64,000 bases of DNA from Candidatus Amesbacteria bacterium (GCA_027371535.1 DAHXMV010000001.1:96879-160878); one strand, 5' to 3'; counted from the stretch's first letter, positions 46,973 to 57,628 are shown. Made by a program: numbers and translations. Notes: generated by a model from the letters alone, not told the origin.

Positions 46973-48281
46973 CCATCAGGATGGCGGAAATCACAGAAGT
47001 CTTCAGACTTTTCGAAATGCTGAAACCGATAATTTTTTTGGCGATAAAAAAGGGCACGAACGATGAAAAAGATATTATTCCGGCCGCCACAGCTATACCA
47101 AGATAACCGAATTTAACAGCTAAAATCGGTTTTAACAGCCATTCCAACACTAACCACATAATCATCAGACCCGTGTTTATTTTGGCCTTACCCAAGGCAT
47201 AGAGCGTATTAGTCAGGGGGGTTGAAAGACAGGAGAGCAGAGCGCTGAAACAATAAATATAAAGAGAGATGAGCGCCGGCTGCCATTTAAACCATTTGGG
47301 GACCAAAAACGCCAGATGGGACCAGGCCAGGGCAATACCAACCAGGGCCGGAAATATTACCAGACATATAAACTGCAGCAGTTTTTCTACCGACTTTCTG
47401 AATTCCTCGGGACGGGATTGCATCCGGGATAGGGCGGGAAACGCCACTTTGGTGGCATTATCCATTACCAGACGCTGAGGTATCTGACTGTAATAGAAAC
47501 CCCAACTAACCAGACCCATGCCGGCGGCCCCGACAATTTTCCATAAGAAAAGATTAACCACCTGATCTTTGGCTACGGCCAAAAGAGAATTGGTCTGATA
47601 CGGAACTCCGAATTTGAGCAGTTTTTTGAGCGAAGGTACGGAGAAAGCCAACCCAACAGGCCAGGGTTTAAAAATATAAATCAAAATCAGGCCGATCAGA
47701 CTCTGGGCCAGGACAGCCGGAACATAAGACATGACCCCCATCCCCCGGATGGCCAAAATGACGGCGATGATATTAAACGTCAGAGCTTCAACAATGCGAA
47801 CTGCCATAATCAAATCAAAACGCAGGGTCCTTTCCAGCATCACCGAAGGTACGGATTTTAAAGAGGACATGAAAAAACTGACCAAAAGGGCAATGAGCAG
47901 TGAAAACTCCGGATTCGCGAGACCATAATAGTTTCTGATGGCACCGGAAAATATAAATACCAAAAGCACTAAAGTTGTTACCAGAGCCTGCTGAATGGTA
48001 AAAGTCGTCCGGAGATCCGAAACGGAGAGCTGGTCCTTTTTTTGGATCAGAGAGGCGGCCAAACCGATATCGGAAAAATAACCGAGAATAACGATTATAT
48101 TTCCCACCAGTCCATACAGTCCGAATTCCTTGGGACCGAGATAGGTCGTCAAAAGCAAAACCCCCAAACCGGAAATTAATACCAGGATTACTCCCCCGCC
48201 GGTCAGGGTGGCCATACCCCTGACAGCCCGGGATTTAACCAAATTCAGGTCCACATCTTCTACCAGGCTATCCGGATCCAT
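46821..48281 (-). CDS. MOP-superfamily (Wzx-like) oligosaccharide flippase
   Basis: 486 aa and about 14 TM. N-terminal cytoplasmic segment then 'GMATLTGGGVILVLISGLGVLLLTTYLGPKEFGLYGL' is typical of polysaccharide biosynthesis/flippase proteins. Confidence 0.6.
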   Translation of the reverse strand: MDPDSLVEDVDLNLVKSRAVRGMATLTGGGVILVLISGLGVLLLTTYLGPKEFGLYGLVGNIIVILGYFSDIGLAASLIQKKDQLSVSDLRTTFTIQQALVTTLVLLVFIFSGAIRNYYGLANPEFSLLIALLVSFFMSSLKSVPSVMLERTLRFDLIMAVRIVEALTFNIIAVILAIRGMGVMSYVPAVLAQSLIGLILIYIFKPWPVGLAFSVPSLKKLLKFGVPYQTNSLLAVAKDQVVNLFLWKIVGAAGMGLVSWGFYYSQIPQRLVMDNATKVAFPALSRMQSRPEEFRKSVEKLLQFICLVIFPALVGIALAWSHLAFLVPKWFKWQPALISLYIYCFSALLSCLSTPLTNTLYALGKAKINTGLMIMWLVLEWLLKPILAVKFGYLGIAVAAGIISFSSFVPFFIAKKIIGFSISKSLKTSVISAILMVVTGVILYHTGLVMALLSATVVYVMAVYFIGGRQLLADIKPFYTHFRAKI

Positions 48282-48338
48282 GAAGTAATTATAACAAGCA
48301 ATCCTGCCGAAGGATTGATTTATATACCGGTTGGGGTT

Positions 48339-48344
48339 TATGAT
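48339..48344 (+). promoter_or_regulatory. Candidate -10 (TATGAT) with a TTGATT -35 (48315-48320, 18-nt spacer) upstream of the dehydrogenase gene
   Basis: 'aggaTTGATTtatataccggttggggttTATGATcctttaatacgATG'. Confidence 0.25.
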
Positions 48345-48355
48345 CCTTTAATACG

Positions 48356-49300
48356 ATGAAAATAGCTATTTATTCGCCCAAAGCAGCCTTTTCCGATTTC
48401 CTGGTGAAACGCCTGTCCAGCCTGGGTGAGATAATTTTTTCAGACACTTCCCAGGGGATGTCTGATAATGAATTGATTAAACTGGCGCAAGGAGCGGAGA
48501 TAATCGCACCGGATCCCGATAATTTCGGTGGCTTTGAGAAGGCCAAACCCCGGCTGACAAAGGTGATGGAAACCTTACCAAACCTGAGGGGGGTATGCCT
48601 GTCGACAACATCTTTCGGGTGGATTGATACTGATTACTGCAAGAAACGAAAAGTCCCGATCAGCAATGTGCCCGGCTATTCCGGAGAGTCGGTGGCCGAA
48701 CATGCCCTGGCACTGATGTTAAATCTGGCTAAAAATATTCTGATTTCCGACCGGAGATACCAGAAAGGCCGATATAAACTGCAAATGGGTTTTGAATTAA
48801 GAGGTAAAACGTTAGGAATAATAGGCCTCGGTAACATCGGCAGCCGGGTGGCGCAGTTGGGAATGGGAATCGGGATGAAAGTAATCGCCTGCAACCGGTC
48901 ACCCAAAACAATGGCGGGTGTAGAAATGACGACTTTTGAAGAAGTCCTAAAAAAAGCCGATGTGATTTCGCTGCACACTACCCACGAAAAGGCCAATAAA
49001 AATTTAATCGGCCAAAAACAAATCGCGTTGATTAAACCGGGGGCAATAATCGTCAATACCGTGGACCGGGAACTGGTGGATGAAGCAGTGATGGCCGAAG
49101 CCCTGAAATCCGGAAAAGTGTACGGGTATGCCCTGGAGGCAGAAGATTTGGAGCACGGACCGCTCTCCGGAGTGGAAAATGCCATTTTAATCAAAGGTTT
49201 TGGCTGGTATACCAGGGAAGCCCTGGAAAATTTATATCAGATTTGGGCGGATAACATTCAGGCTCTGGCAAAAGGAAAACCACAGAATTTAATTTATTAA
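48356..49300 (+). CDS. D-isomer-specific 2-hydroxyacid dehydrogenase family (NAD-binding)
   Basis: 'LRGKTLGIIGLGNIGSRVAQLGMGIGMKVIACNRS' Rossmann motif. C-terminal catalytic region 'ADVISLHTTHEKANKNLI...PGAIIVNTVDRELVDE'. Confidence 0.8.
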   Translation: MKIAIYSPKAAFSDFLVKRLSSLGEIIFSDTSQGMSDNELIKLAQGAEIIAPDPDNFGGFEKAKPRLTKVMETLPNLRGVCLSTTSFGWIDTDYCKKRKVPISNVPGYSGESVAEHALALMLNLAKNILISDRRYQKGRYKLQMGFELRGKTLGIIGLGNIGSRVAQLGMGIGMKVIACNRSPKTMAGVEMTTFEEVLKKADVISLHTTHEKANKNLIGQKQIALIKPGAIIVNTVDRELVDEAVMAEALKSGKVYGYALEAEDLEHGPLSGVENAILIKGFGWYTREALENLYQIWADNIQALAKGKPQNLIY

Positions 49301-49854
49301 ACCGGACGGATAATCAGAAATACCGTCAGACTATCTATAAATATTATATATAAAGGATAGGTTGATTCACCAATAGTCCAATTCGAGATAGCCAGGAGAT
49401 TTAAAACAGAAGCCAATATATCCAAAAAATAAAAAGTCCATACTTCAGTTTTCGGAAATTTGTAAGTTTTAATTAACATGGGGATTTGTCCGAACAAATC
49501 CGCCAGTATGGACGAGAATAATCCGAATAACGGATTAGTCGTTAATTGCCAAATGAAAATACCCAGCACTGAAATAATCAGGCAACCGAGATCGACTTTA
49601 GTCCAACCACCCATACCATATTTAAGACTTAACACAAAAACAGCCAGGCAACCGATTGCAAAAGCGCCTGATAACCAGACCGCTCCGGAACTACCCTGGG
49701 CGATTAAGGACCAGGTGGCAGTGATGGTAATTAATGCCAGAATAAATCTGGTAGTCCGGTGAGGTTTTGCCCTGCCTTGGAAAATTGCCCGGATGTAAAC
49801 AATATAAGATACCAAAGCCAACAAACTGCTACCACCAAGCAGAAGGTGTGTCAT
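49297..49854 (-). CDS. Integral membrane protein (185 aa, about 5-6 TM), unknown function
   Basis: Continuous hydrophobic segments. Diverges from the next gene with a 38-nt spacer. Confidence 0.45.
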   Translation of the reverse strand: MTHLLLGGSSLLALVSYIVYIRAIFQGRAKPHRTTRFILALITITATWSLIAQGSSGAVWLSGAFAIGCLAVFVLSLKYGMGGWTKVDLGCLIISVLGIFIWQLTTNPLFGLFSSILADLFGQIPMLIKTYKFPKTEVWTFYFLDILASVLNLLAISNWTIGESTYPLYIIFIDSLTVFLIIRPV

Positions 49855-49892
49855 TCCAAAATTATATCTTCAATGGGTGGTAAACTGAAGAT

Positions 49893-50810
49893 ATGAACCC
49901 GGTACAGCTGCCGACCAATCAAAAGCTGGTAGGCAAGCTCAGGCAGGCGGCGTTTTTGGTGAATCTGACAGCCGTTCTGGTTTTGGGAATAGCTTTTTGG
50001 GGTGGATTGATTGTGCCCTTAGGAACCGCAATCCTGTTTTTAATAATTACCGGAGCGACGATATTTCATGCTACGGAAAGCTCCGGTGATAAAACTAAAA
50101 GATTGTTTATGGTTATTCCCGTGATTACGGGTTTATTGGTTGCGTTTGTCAGCAGCAACCTGTTTTGGTTACATCTTGAAGCCATCAGTTTTTATTCCTG
50201 GATAAGTTTTTTGTGTGTCGGGGCGGCCATCTCCATCCCATATCTGAAAATTATTGCGCACAGGTTTCACCCGGCCCAATTACTGGCTTTTTTTACCCTG
50301 GTACCGAATTTAATGTCTACCTTGGGAATGATTAATGTTGACAGGCAGATATTCTTTGTTTCGCTGATATTCACACTGGAAAGCCTGGCAATCCTTCTCA
50401 GGTGGCCCGGCAGGGGTTTTATGAGTGTATTTACCATTGAATCTGTCAGCAGTAAGCTGGCTTTTAAATTGCTGGCCGGCAGCCTGGTCCTGGTGCCGGT
50501 AATCGGATGTCTGGCGATCGTCTGGGGCAGCCTGGCAGACAGGAGTGTAAATGAAATTGCGGCCTTAATTACCGCCTCGGTGATGGCAATGATGATTATT
50601 CTGATTTGGATAAATATCCGGGCGGTAAAAAAAACCGAGCTGAACAATCTACTGTTTAAAGAAGAGTTGGTGGAACTTAATACTGATCTGAAACAGAACA
50701 ATGCCAGTTTGGCAAACCAGATGGAAGAATTGGAAAAGGTCAAACAGGAATTGGCTGACAGGTTAAATTACCAGGATAAATTCAGAGATATCGCCGAAGG
50801 ATTGGGATAG
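49893..50810 (+). CDS. Integral membrane protein (about 7-8 TM) with a C-terminal cytoplasmic coiled-coil tail
   Basis: 305 aa. The C-terminus 'ELNNLLFKEELVELNTDLKQNNASLANQMEELEKVKQELADRLNYQDKF' shows heptad-like periodicity. Confidence 0.45.
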   Translation: MNPVQLPTNQKLVGKLRQAAFLVNLTAVLVLGIAFWGGLIVPLGTAILFLIITGATIFHATESSGDKTKRLFMVIPVITGLLVAFVSSNLFWLHLEAISFYSWISFLCVGAAISIPYLKIIAHRFHPAQLLAFFTLVPNLMSTLGMINVDRQIFFVSLIFTLESLAILLRWPGRGFMSVFTIESVSSKLAFKLLAGSLVLVPVIGCLAIVWGSLADRSVNEIAALITASVMAMMIILIWINIRAVKKTELNNLLFKEELVELNTDLKQNNASLANQMEELEKVKQELADRLNYQDKFRDIAEGLG

Positions 50811-52419
50811 CAGGCAATGCCAGCCAGGACAGCAGACTGAGAAGATCACCGGCAGTTCTGACCGGGGTATTGCCAAAAACGGCGGTCAGAAGATGATCGC
50901 CCCGGCTGACATCTATCTGCATCCGGCCCAGCAGGGGGTCGCGGGCAGGATCAACGGCCACCCGTTTACCGTCCAACCAAACCCGCCAACCCGGAAAATA
51001 AAAGGTCTGGAGTTCAACAACGGCTGAAGAAGAAGCGATATTCAGGGAATATTGCTGATAATCCGAAGTTTTCTTAATCCGGGTATAAGTTCCGGTACCG
51101 CCGGTGATGCCCAAATCGCTTCCGGGAGGATTAACCGGAGGCAACGGGGCATAAATAGGCAGATAATCAAAAATACTCCCGGTAATCTGCAACCTCCAGG
51201 AATTACCCGAGAATTTTTGAGCATCGGACATGCCGGGAAACCATTTGTCAGGATGAAAATAACCCGCGTTAAGAATGAGCGTAAAAAACAATAACAAAGG
51301 CAGCCATTTTCCGGCCACGAGTGAAAAACAGCCGGCAATAAAAGCGGCCGAAAAAACGGCCAATGCCAGAAAACGCCAGGGGAACTGAAGATATTCCAAA
51401 GGCGTAATCTTTAACCAAATCGGCGTCGACCGGCTGTGGGTCATGAAAATGGCCGTAAGCGAAATCGTTAGCATTAGAATAATTAAATATTTATGCTGCC
51501 TGACAGACCGGGAAAAAATAATCAACAATCCGACAAGAAGAGGAATCAGCCACTGAAGATAGCCCAGATTGAAACTGAGGTGGTCCGTCTGGCCCAGATT
51601 ACTGGCACCATATCCCCAATTTATTATAAAAAAGATACGGTTTAAGGGTACAAAGTGGGCCAGGAAGTTGAAGTATCCCTCTACCAAAGATTCGATATGG
51701 GCGAATTTCTGTTCAAATAAAACCGGCAGGGTGAAAAAGGCCGCCAGACCAAAAGCCCAAACCGCAGAAAGAATTAAAGGTCCAAAAGAGGCCGGGGATT
51801 TGGTCCGCCAAACCCAAAAAAGGCACCAGATCACCAGGACCGGGGAAAAAATCATCAGTATGGGATTGTGGGACAGCATAAGCAGGGCGACTGATACAGA
51901 CAACCACGGCAAATACCTGAATTTTGAGGAACCGGAGATAAGTTTATAAGACAGCCAAAAAATGTAAGGGAAAAGCGCCATAGCCCAAAATTCATTCATA
52001 GCACCGCGGACATAAAAATCTACGGAATGGTAAGGGGCGTAGGTATACAAAACCGAAGACAACAAGCCGCCTTTTGAACCCCAGAACTCCCTGCCCAGTA
52101 AAAACATCCCCAGGGCGCAAACCACAAAACCCAAGATACCGACAATTTTGACAATATCAATATTCTGAAAACCTAAGTAATGGAAAGGCACTCCAAGAAG
52201 ATATGGCAGGGGGGGATAATAATTAAACAGGGGGTAACCAAATCCATATCCCATATCGGGAACCCAGCGACAGGGAATCTGGCCGTCGGCAAAACACTTA
52301 TTCATTTCCAGTTGCCGGGCTGCCTGTAAATCGTCATGCATGGTAAAATAACCTTTCTGAAATAAAGGACCGATAGCCGGAAGCAGAAGTATCAGCAAGA
52401 CTAGGAAAAACTTATTCAT
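50782..52419 (-). CDS. YfhO-like polytopic membrane protein (family B GT-C candidate)
   Basis: 545 aa. 'YFTMHDDLQAARQLEMNKCFADGQIPCRWVPDMGYGFGYPLFNYYPPLPY'. Confidence 0.45.
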   Translation of the reverse strand: MNKFFLVLLILLLPAIGPLFQKGYFTMHDDLQAARQLEMNKCFADGQIPCRWVPDMGYGFGYPLFNYYPPLPYLLGVPFHYLGFQNIDIVKIVGILGFVVCALGMFLLGREFWGSKGGLLSSVLYTYAPYHSVDFYVRGAMNEFWAMALFPYIFWLSYKLISGSSKFRYLPWLSVSVALLMLSHNPILMIFSPVLVIWCLFWVWRTKSPASFGPLILSAVWAFGLAAFFTLPVLFEQKFAHIESLVEGYFNFLAHFVPLNRIFFIINWGYGASNLGQTDHLSFNLGYLQWLIPLLVGLLIIFSRSVRQHKYLIILMLTISLTAIFMTHSRSTPIWLKITPLEYLQFPWRFLALAVFSAAFIAGCFSLVAGKWLPLLLFFTLILNAGYFHPDKWFPGMSDAQKFSGNSWRLQITGSIFDYLPIYAPLPPVNPPGSDLGITGGTGTYTRIKKTSDYQQYSLNIASSSAVVELQTFYFPGWRVWLDGKRVAVDPARDPLLGRMQIDVSRGDHLLTAVFGNTPVRTAGDLLSLLSWLALPAIPILRRYL

Positions 52420-53918
52420 GGCAATGTCTGCCGGACTTTAAAAAACAGTAAATAATCCCGCGAACCGTCCGGGTGAGCGGCTTTAGGGTAAGAATTAATT
52501 AATTCCAGGCCCAAATTATCGGGACTTCCCATAAAGCGGTTGGAATTAACCACCAGATAGACCCGGTTATCAACCAATGCGTTTTTGAGTTTTGGATCTA
52601 CAGACCGGATATCCAGCCCCACACCGATAACCCGGACTCCCGGTCTGTCATTTAAATACATCTGCAGAGCCGAAAATGGTGTCCCAAAATAGCCTTCTGA
52701 ACCCACCAGGATGTGGGTATTTGCCGGTAATCCGTGAAGATAATCCGAGACCTGCCTGAGGCCTGTACCGGCAGTCCAATCCTCCAGATAACCGGATCTT
52801 TCGTTTTCTGGTAATACGGCTTTGGCCGGGTTAACAATCAACAAACCATCTGAAACCAAACAAAGAAATACCAATAAGCCAAAAAGTATCATACCTAAAA
52901 AGTGTTTTTTGGTCCGGTCGCCGAAATGCCACAAACCATGGGCCATTAAAATGACGGCAAAAGGCACTGTAAATAACAGATATCGGGCGGTAAAAACTTT
53001 GGCAATGAAAGCCTGGCCCAGAACCGGTATCAACCACCAGGCAGCTAAAACGATCCGGGCCCGGACATGCTTTAATTCACCGTCAGCCAGGCCGAGCAGG
53101 GCCAAAAGCAAGCCTAACGGGGTAGTCAGATACAAATAAAAAGTCAGGGCATCTTTGATGTGCGGCAGGAGGGGATCCAGGGGATGTTTAATAATTTCAG
53201 ACAGCGGCCAGACATAGTCCCGGTTTCTGATACCGATCATGTAAAATTCAGGTCCCAGGCGCAAAATGTTGTACATGGCAAAACTGATAAAGAATGTCAC
53301 CAAAACCAACCCCACTGCCAACAATCTGGCTTTAAGAGGCCGGGTCCACCAACCGGAAAAAAATAAGGTCAACGGGATGAGAAAATAAGCAAATATAGCC
53401 GGGAATTTGGTGAGCCAGGCAAAACCCAGGGTAAAGCCGGCCAGCATGGCCAAATCCAGGCGAAGGCGTTGCAGCGCCAGCCAGGCAAAAACGAAAGTCC
53501 AGATCATAAACATCACCAGCATACCGTCGGCCAAGGCCATTCTTTCAAAAAACAGGGCATACGGCAGGACTGCCCAGATAGCAGCAGCAAAAAGGGCCAG
53601 GCGGTAATTTTTAAACAGGATAAAAGCCGCCATCCCCACGCCGATTACGGTCAGCAAACCGCATAAAGCCGAAACCGCTCTCCCGGCGATTAACGGATCG
53701 GAGATGAACTTCAGAAAGGGAATTACCGTCCACATAAACAGCGGTTGCTTACCGTCTGACAGAGGCAGAAAACGCAGGGTTGATTCTACCCGCATGACCT
53801 GGGACCACCTGACATATATGGATTCATCGGCAAAAACCGGCAGAGAATTCAGATTGAAAAACCTTAAAAAAGCACCTCCGATCAGAATCAATAAAGCCAA
53901 CAAAATCACCTGTTTCAC
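52416..53918 (-). CDS. ArnT-like (GT83/GT39 superfamily) GT-C glycosyltransferase
   Basis: 500 aa. 'FADESIYVRWSQVM' closely parallels the ArnT loop-1 'DETRYAEISREM' motif. About 11 further TMs. Confidence 0.6.
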   Translation of the reverse strand: MKQVILLALLILIGGAFLRFFNLNSLPVFADESIYVRWSQVMRVESTLRFLPLSDGKQPLFMWTVIPFLKFISDPLIAGRAVSALCGLLTVIGVGMAAFILFKNYRLALFAAAIWAVLPYALFFERMALADGMLVMFMIWTFVFAWLALQRLRLDLAMLAGFTLGFAWLTKFPAIFAYFLIPLTLFFSGWWTRPLKARLLAVGLVLVTFFISFAMYNILRLGPEFYMIGIRNRDYVWPLSEIIKHPLDPLLPHIKDALTFYLYLTTPLGLLLALLGLADGELKHVRARIVLAAWWLIPVLGQAFIAKVFTARYLLFTVPFAVILMAHGLWHFGDRTKKHFLGMILFGLLVFLCLVSDGLLIVNPAKAVLPENERSGYLEDWTAGTGLRQVSDYLHGLPANTHILVGSEGYFGTPFSALQMYLNDRPGVRVIGVGLDIRSVDPKLKNALVDNRVYLVVNSNRFMGSPDNLGLELINSYPKAAHPDGSRDYLLFFKVRQTLP

Positions 53919-53920
53919 AA

Positions 53921-54673
53921 CTAGATTTTATACGCTCCCCGGACAGAACGCCAACGGATGAGAAGCAGTTCCTTTAAACCGTTGACCGAGTCTTTGAAAA
54001 AAGATACCCGGTTACTCTCCCGGTGAGTCCAGAATACCGGAACTTCGGCAATCCGATGACCCATCCTACGGGCCAGAAACAGAAATTCCACATCGAAACC
54101 GGGATTGGTCGAAGGACCGCGGATGCTTTTGGGGGGGTGGGCGGCGGCAATAATTTTGAAAATTTTCACTGCCAGGTCAGTTGAAAAGGCTTTGAATCCG
54201 CATTGACTATCCCGAACCATAACCTGCAAAATCAGAGTCCGGAAAACGGGCATACCCAAGGCCAGTATCTGTCTATATAATGGGGCCCCTTTTCTTCCGG
54301 TCCGGGAACCGATAACGACCTGAAAACCCTGATCCAAAAGCGGTTTAAATTTGTCAAACTCAGAAATTGGAGTAGCCTGATCGGTGTCGGTAAAGAGTAA
54401 ATATTTTCCCAGGGCATTAAAAACCCCGGCGGCTACCGTGGCGGCTTTTCCCTGGTGAGGATTATCGATGACCCGAACACCCGGATGATGAGCAGAAAAA
54501 GCCTGAATTATTTTCAGCGTGTCATCGGTTGAGCCATCATTGACCAGCAACATCTCCCAAGTAAAAACCCGGCTTTTCAGATAATCACAGACTTGCTCCA
54601 GACTCCCTTTTTTCAGGTTGTCAGCTTCGTCATAGAGGGGAATGATGACTGATAAATATGGTTTTGTAGTCAT
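53921..54673 (-). CDS. GT2 polyprenyl-phosphate sugar synthase (Dpm1/GtrB-like)
   Basis: 'LSVIIPLYDEADNL...LLVNDGSTDDT', 'HQGKAATVAAG', 'DTDQATP', 'DSQCGFKAF'. Confidence 0.8.
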   Translation of the reverse strand: MTTKPYLSVIIPLYDEADNLKKGSLEQVCDYLKSRVFTWEMLLVNDGSTDDTLKIIQAFSAHHPGVRVIDNPHQGKAATVAAGVFNALGKYLLFTDTDQATPISEFDKFKPLLDQGFQVVIGSRTGRKGAPLYRQILALGMPVFRTLILQVMVRDSQCGFKAFSTDLAVKIFKIIAAAHPPKSIRGPSTNPGFDVEFLFLARRMGHRIAEVPVFWTHRESNRVSFFKDSVNGLKELLLIRWRSVRGAYKI

Positions 54674-54674
54674 T

Positions 54675-56144
54675 TTATCTGGTAAACCCGAACAGAGGAT
54701 CTGTGAGATTGGCGTCAGGTCCCTGACAGCTTATTTTAACAGTTTGGGCAGAATACCGCTGATAGTCCGGGAGAATTAATCCCAACGCACCGTAGGTTTT
54801 ATCCAGGTGATTGACCAGACTATGCGGAAAAACGATGGTATAAACCGGGCTGCCGCTTTTGGGCTGGTTAACATGCAAATGCACTAAATAGAAAAAATAG
54901 CGGTAGCCCAGGTTGTAACCGGGATTGGTGATATATGACACGGAAACGCATGGGTAACCATGCAGTTTGGCATCAGCGGCAATCTGAGCCGTGAGAGCTT
55001 TTTTCTCCAGGTAACCGAAACGGTTGATATTGGAAGTAAAAAACAAGTAAAGATTGTAATAAATAATAAGGGTGATCAAACCCAGTGACAGAAATTTCAG
55101 AATTCTATACTGCCAGAGACAGTCTAAAAGCAAGGCAGTGATGATCACCCAAAGAATATTGAGACTGTTTAAATAATATTCGGAAAGATTCAAAGACTGC
55201 AGGGCAAAGAAAATAATATTAAGAATCAGCCAGACCGGGACGATGAATAAATAAAAACCGGGAAGACGCTTTTTTGCCAGCAGATAAATGAAAGCCGCAA
55301 TCAGAAGCAGGGGCAGGATGTATACAGAGACGGAATGGGGGTTATCCCAGAAAATAGTGTTGATATTTTTAGAAACATAATCCCCGACGTGGACAATTTT
55401 ATCTGCCAAGTCTGATTTTATCGACCCCGATGATACCATGGTAGAAAACAGGGCCCGGGTTTGGATAAAATGATGTTTGATTTCAAACAGCCATAACGGA
55501 GAGGATAAGAAAAACAAAACCAATAGAGGCCTGACAAAATCCCGGAGGGTAAAATGGCGCCGATTTAATAAGCCGGCAATTAAAACCAGCGGGAAAGTGA
55601 GGAACAGGGCAAGATTAATGTTCCAAACCAAAGCAAACAGGACTGCCAGCCAAATCAGAGCTGATTTTTGGCCCTGAAACAAGCGGTGAATGAAATATAA
55701 AAACCAGACTGACCAGAGCATAACCGGAGTGGTGGGCACCATTTCCCTTTCAGTCTGAGAGATGGTGAAAGAGACAGCATAAATCAATACGGCAAAATTG
55801 GCGGCCGAGGATGAAAATAATTTTTTAGTCACGATGTAGACACTAAATATTGCTGCCATGCCCACAAATAACGGGAAAGCCAAACCACCAACCGGATCCA
55901 TACCGGTAAACAGGTAGAAAGGAATCAGCAGGTAATAAAAAAGCGGACCGATAAAAATACCCGGAGAGGAGGTTTCCTGGCCGATAAGCCTGAGGTGGTG
56001 GTCAACGACTATGTCTTTGACTATCCAGGACGCTAAATCCCCGTCATGAGCGTATAAAAACCTCTCCTCAAGCTGCCATCCCCGGGTAACCAAACCCAAA
56101 ATTAAAGCTGCCAGAAAAAGCCAGGAAAAGGTTTTGGATTTCAT
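54675..56144 (-). CDS. ArnT/GT83-like GT-C glycosyltransferase (family D paralog)
   Basis: 489 aa. 'YAHDGDLASWIVKDIVVDHHLRLIGQETSSPGIFIGPLFYYLLIPFY'. Confidence 0.6.
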   Translation of the reverse strand: MKSKTFSWLFLAALILGLVTRGWQLEERFLYAHDGDLASWIVKDIVVDHHLRLIGQETSSPGIFIGPLFYYLLIPFYLFTGMDPVGGLAFPLFVGMAAIFSVYIVTKKLFSSSAANFAVLIYAVSFTISQTEREMVPTTPVMLWSVWFLYFIHRLFQGQKSALIWLAVLFALVWNINLALFLTFPLVLIAGLLNRRHFTLRDFVRPLLVLFFLSSPLWLFEIKHHFIQTRALFSTMVSSGSIKSDLADKIVHVGDYVSKNINTIFWDNPHSVSVYILPLLLIAAFIYLLAKKRLPGFYLFIVPVWLILNIIFFALQSLNLSEYYLNSLNILWVIITALLLDCLWQYRILKFLSLGLITLIIYYNLYLFFTSNINRFGYLEKKALTAQIAADAKLHGYPCVSVSYITNPGYNLGYRYFFYLVHLHVNQPKSGSPVYTIVFPHSLVNHLDKTYGALGLILPDYQRYSAQTVKISCQGPDANLTDPLFGFTR

Positions 56145-57628
56145 AGTGCGATACGGATCCGTTTTGAGACCGTAATCCCGCCGAATTTCACAGTCGCCCC
56201 GGGAGTGGCAATCCCCGCCTGGCGGGCCAGCCAGGCAGTCAGTCTTTCAGGGTGGGGAGTATCAACTTCCGATAAGGTGTAAAGCAGGGGCCGGAGATGA
56301 GTATCGGGCACGGTATGATATTTGGTAGTCCCCTGCCAGAGAAAGAGATAATCATAGGCGTAGGGAATAACCGGCGGGACATAAACATCAACATTAAACG
56401 GCGTACTGCCGGCGTCGGCATAAACCCAGTCAACCGCTTTTAATGAGGCTCCCAAGACTATCTCCGTCGGGCCGTCCGTCCCGGCAGACAGGTAATTTCT
56501 GAGATGGAAAAGATTTGTAGCCAGAAAAAGACAAACCAGAAAGCTGGCTAAAATGGTAAATAATCGGGTTTTCTCAGCCGAAGCAACCAATATTTCCGCT
56601 ACCAATAAGACAAACAGGGAAAAGATCCCCGTGAAATAATAATCCCAGACATAGCCGTTGTTACCGTGATAAAAAAGCAGGAGAAGTAAAGGAGTGGCAA
56701 TAATTATGGCCAATGCAGCAGTTGAACGATTCATAAACCGCTTAAAATTAAACAGCAGCATGGTAGCAGTCACGGTAAAGAACAGAATTGCCCAGGATCT
56801 GTCGAGCAGCAACTTCTGGGAAAATGAATCAAAATAAAAAGCCAGTCTTTGGGTATAAAAACCGCTCAGAACAGGGGTAAAACTTTTTTCGGAAACCAGA
56901 AAACGTTTAAAAGCATTAACCAGCAGGTTATCGTGCCGGTAATTAAAATAGAGCTGGGGAAGCAGAGTCAGGCAAAAAAGAAACACCGAAAACAGTAATT
57001 TGAAGTTCCAATTTACGTGTTTGCGAAAGATGATTAAAATTAACAGGGTAGCCGGCAGGAAAAAGACCGCGGAAGCGGCTTCACACTGCAAACCCAAACC
57101 AAGGCTCAGTCCCAGCAACAGCCACGACCAGACAGATTTTGAACCATGGATTAATTTCAGGAGGCAATAAACCGCCAGGGCGGTAAAGAAAGGCAGGGGG
57201 GTAGGATTGGAAAGCCAGCGATGGGCCTGGGTTAACGGCAATGAGAAGGTAATAAAAAATGCCGCCAGTAAACCGATGCTTTTATCAAAAAAGTCCCGAC
57301 CAATCAGATAGATCAGATAAATACCGGCTACATTTATCAATGCCAGAGCAAAAGAAGCCGCTACCGGATTGCCGTTTCCCAACCAATAGAAAGGCGTGAT
57401 CAAATAATAATAAAACGGCCCCAAAAAGATACCCTCAATACCGGTAGTGGGACCGATAAGAAAAAATTTATGCTGATGAATCAAGTTCCAGACCACCAGG
57501 GCGTCACGCCCCTGATCGTAATAAAATCCGGTCAAATCCCCGGCCCGATAAGTTCTGAGAAAAAGGGCGGTCAGAAGTATAACCAGAAGCAGCCAGCTTT
57601 TTTGAGAAATAATTTTTAATAATTTCAT
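56141..57628 (-). CDS. ArnT/GT83-like GT-C glycosyltransferase (family D paralog)
   Basis: 495 aa. 'FYYDQGRDALVVWNLIHQHKFFLIGPTTGIEGIFLGPFYYYLITPFY'. Confidence 0.6.
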   Translation of the reverse strand: MKLLKIISQKSWLLLVILLTALFLRTYRAGDLTGFYYDQGRDALVVWNLIHQHKFFLIGPTTGIEGIFLGPFYYYLITPFYWLGNGNPVAASFALALINVAGIYLIYLIGRDFFDKSIGLLAAFFITFSLPLTQAHRWLSNPTPLPFFTALAVYCLLKLIHGSKSVWSWLLLGLSLGLGLQCEAASAVFFLPATLLILIIFRKHVNWNFKLLFSVFLFCLTLLPQLYFNYRHDNLLVNAFKRFLVSEKSFTPVLSGFYTQRLAFYFDSFSQKLLLDRSWAILFFTVTATMLLFNFKRFMNRSTAALAIIIATPLLLLLFYHGNNGYVWDYYFTGIFSLFVLLVAEILVASAEKTRLFTILASFLVCLFLATNLFHLRNYLSAGTDGPTEIVLGASLKAVDWVYADAGSTPFNVDVYVPPVIPYAYDYLFLWQGTTKYHTVPDTHLRPLLYTLSEVDTPHPERLTAWLARQAGIATPGATVKFGGITVSKRIRIAL

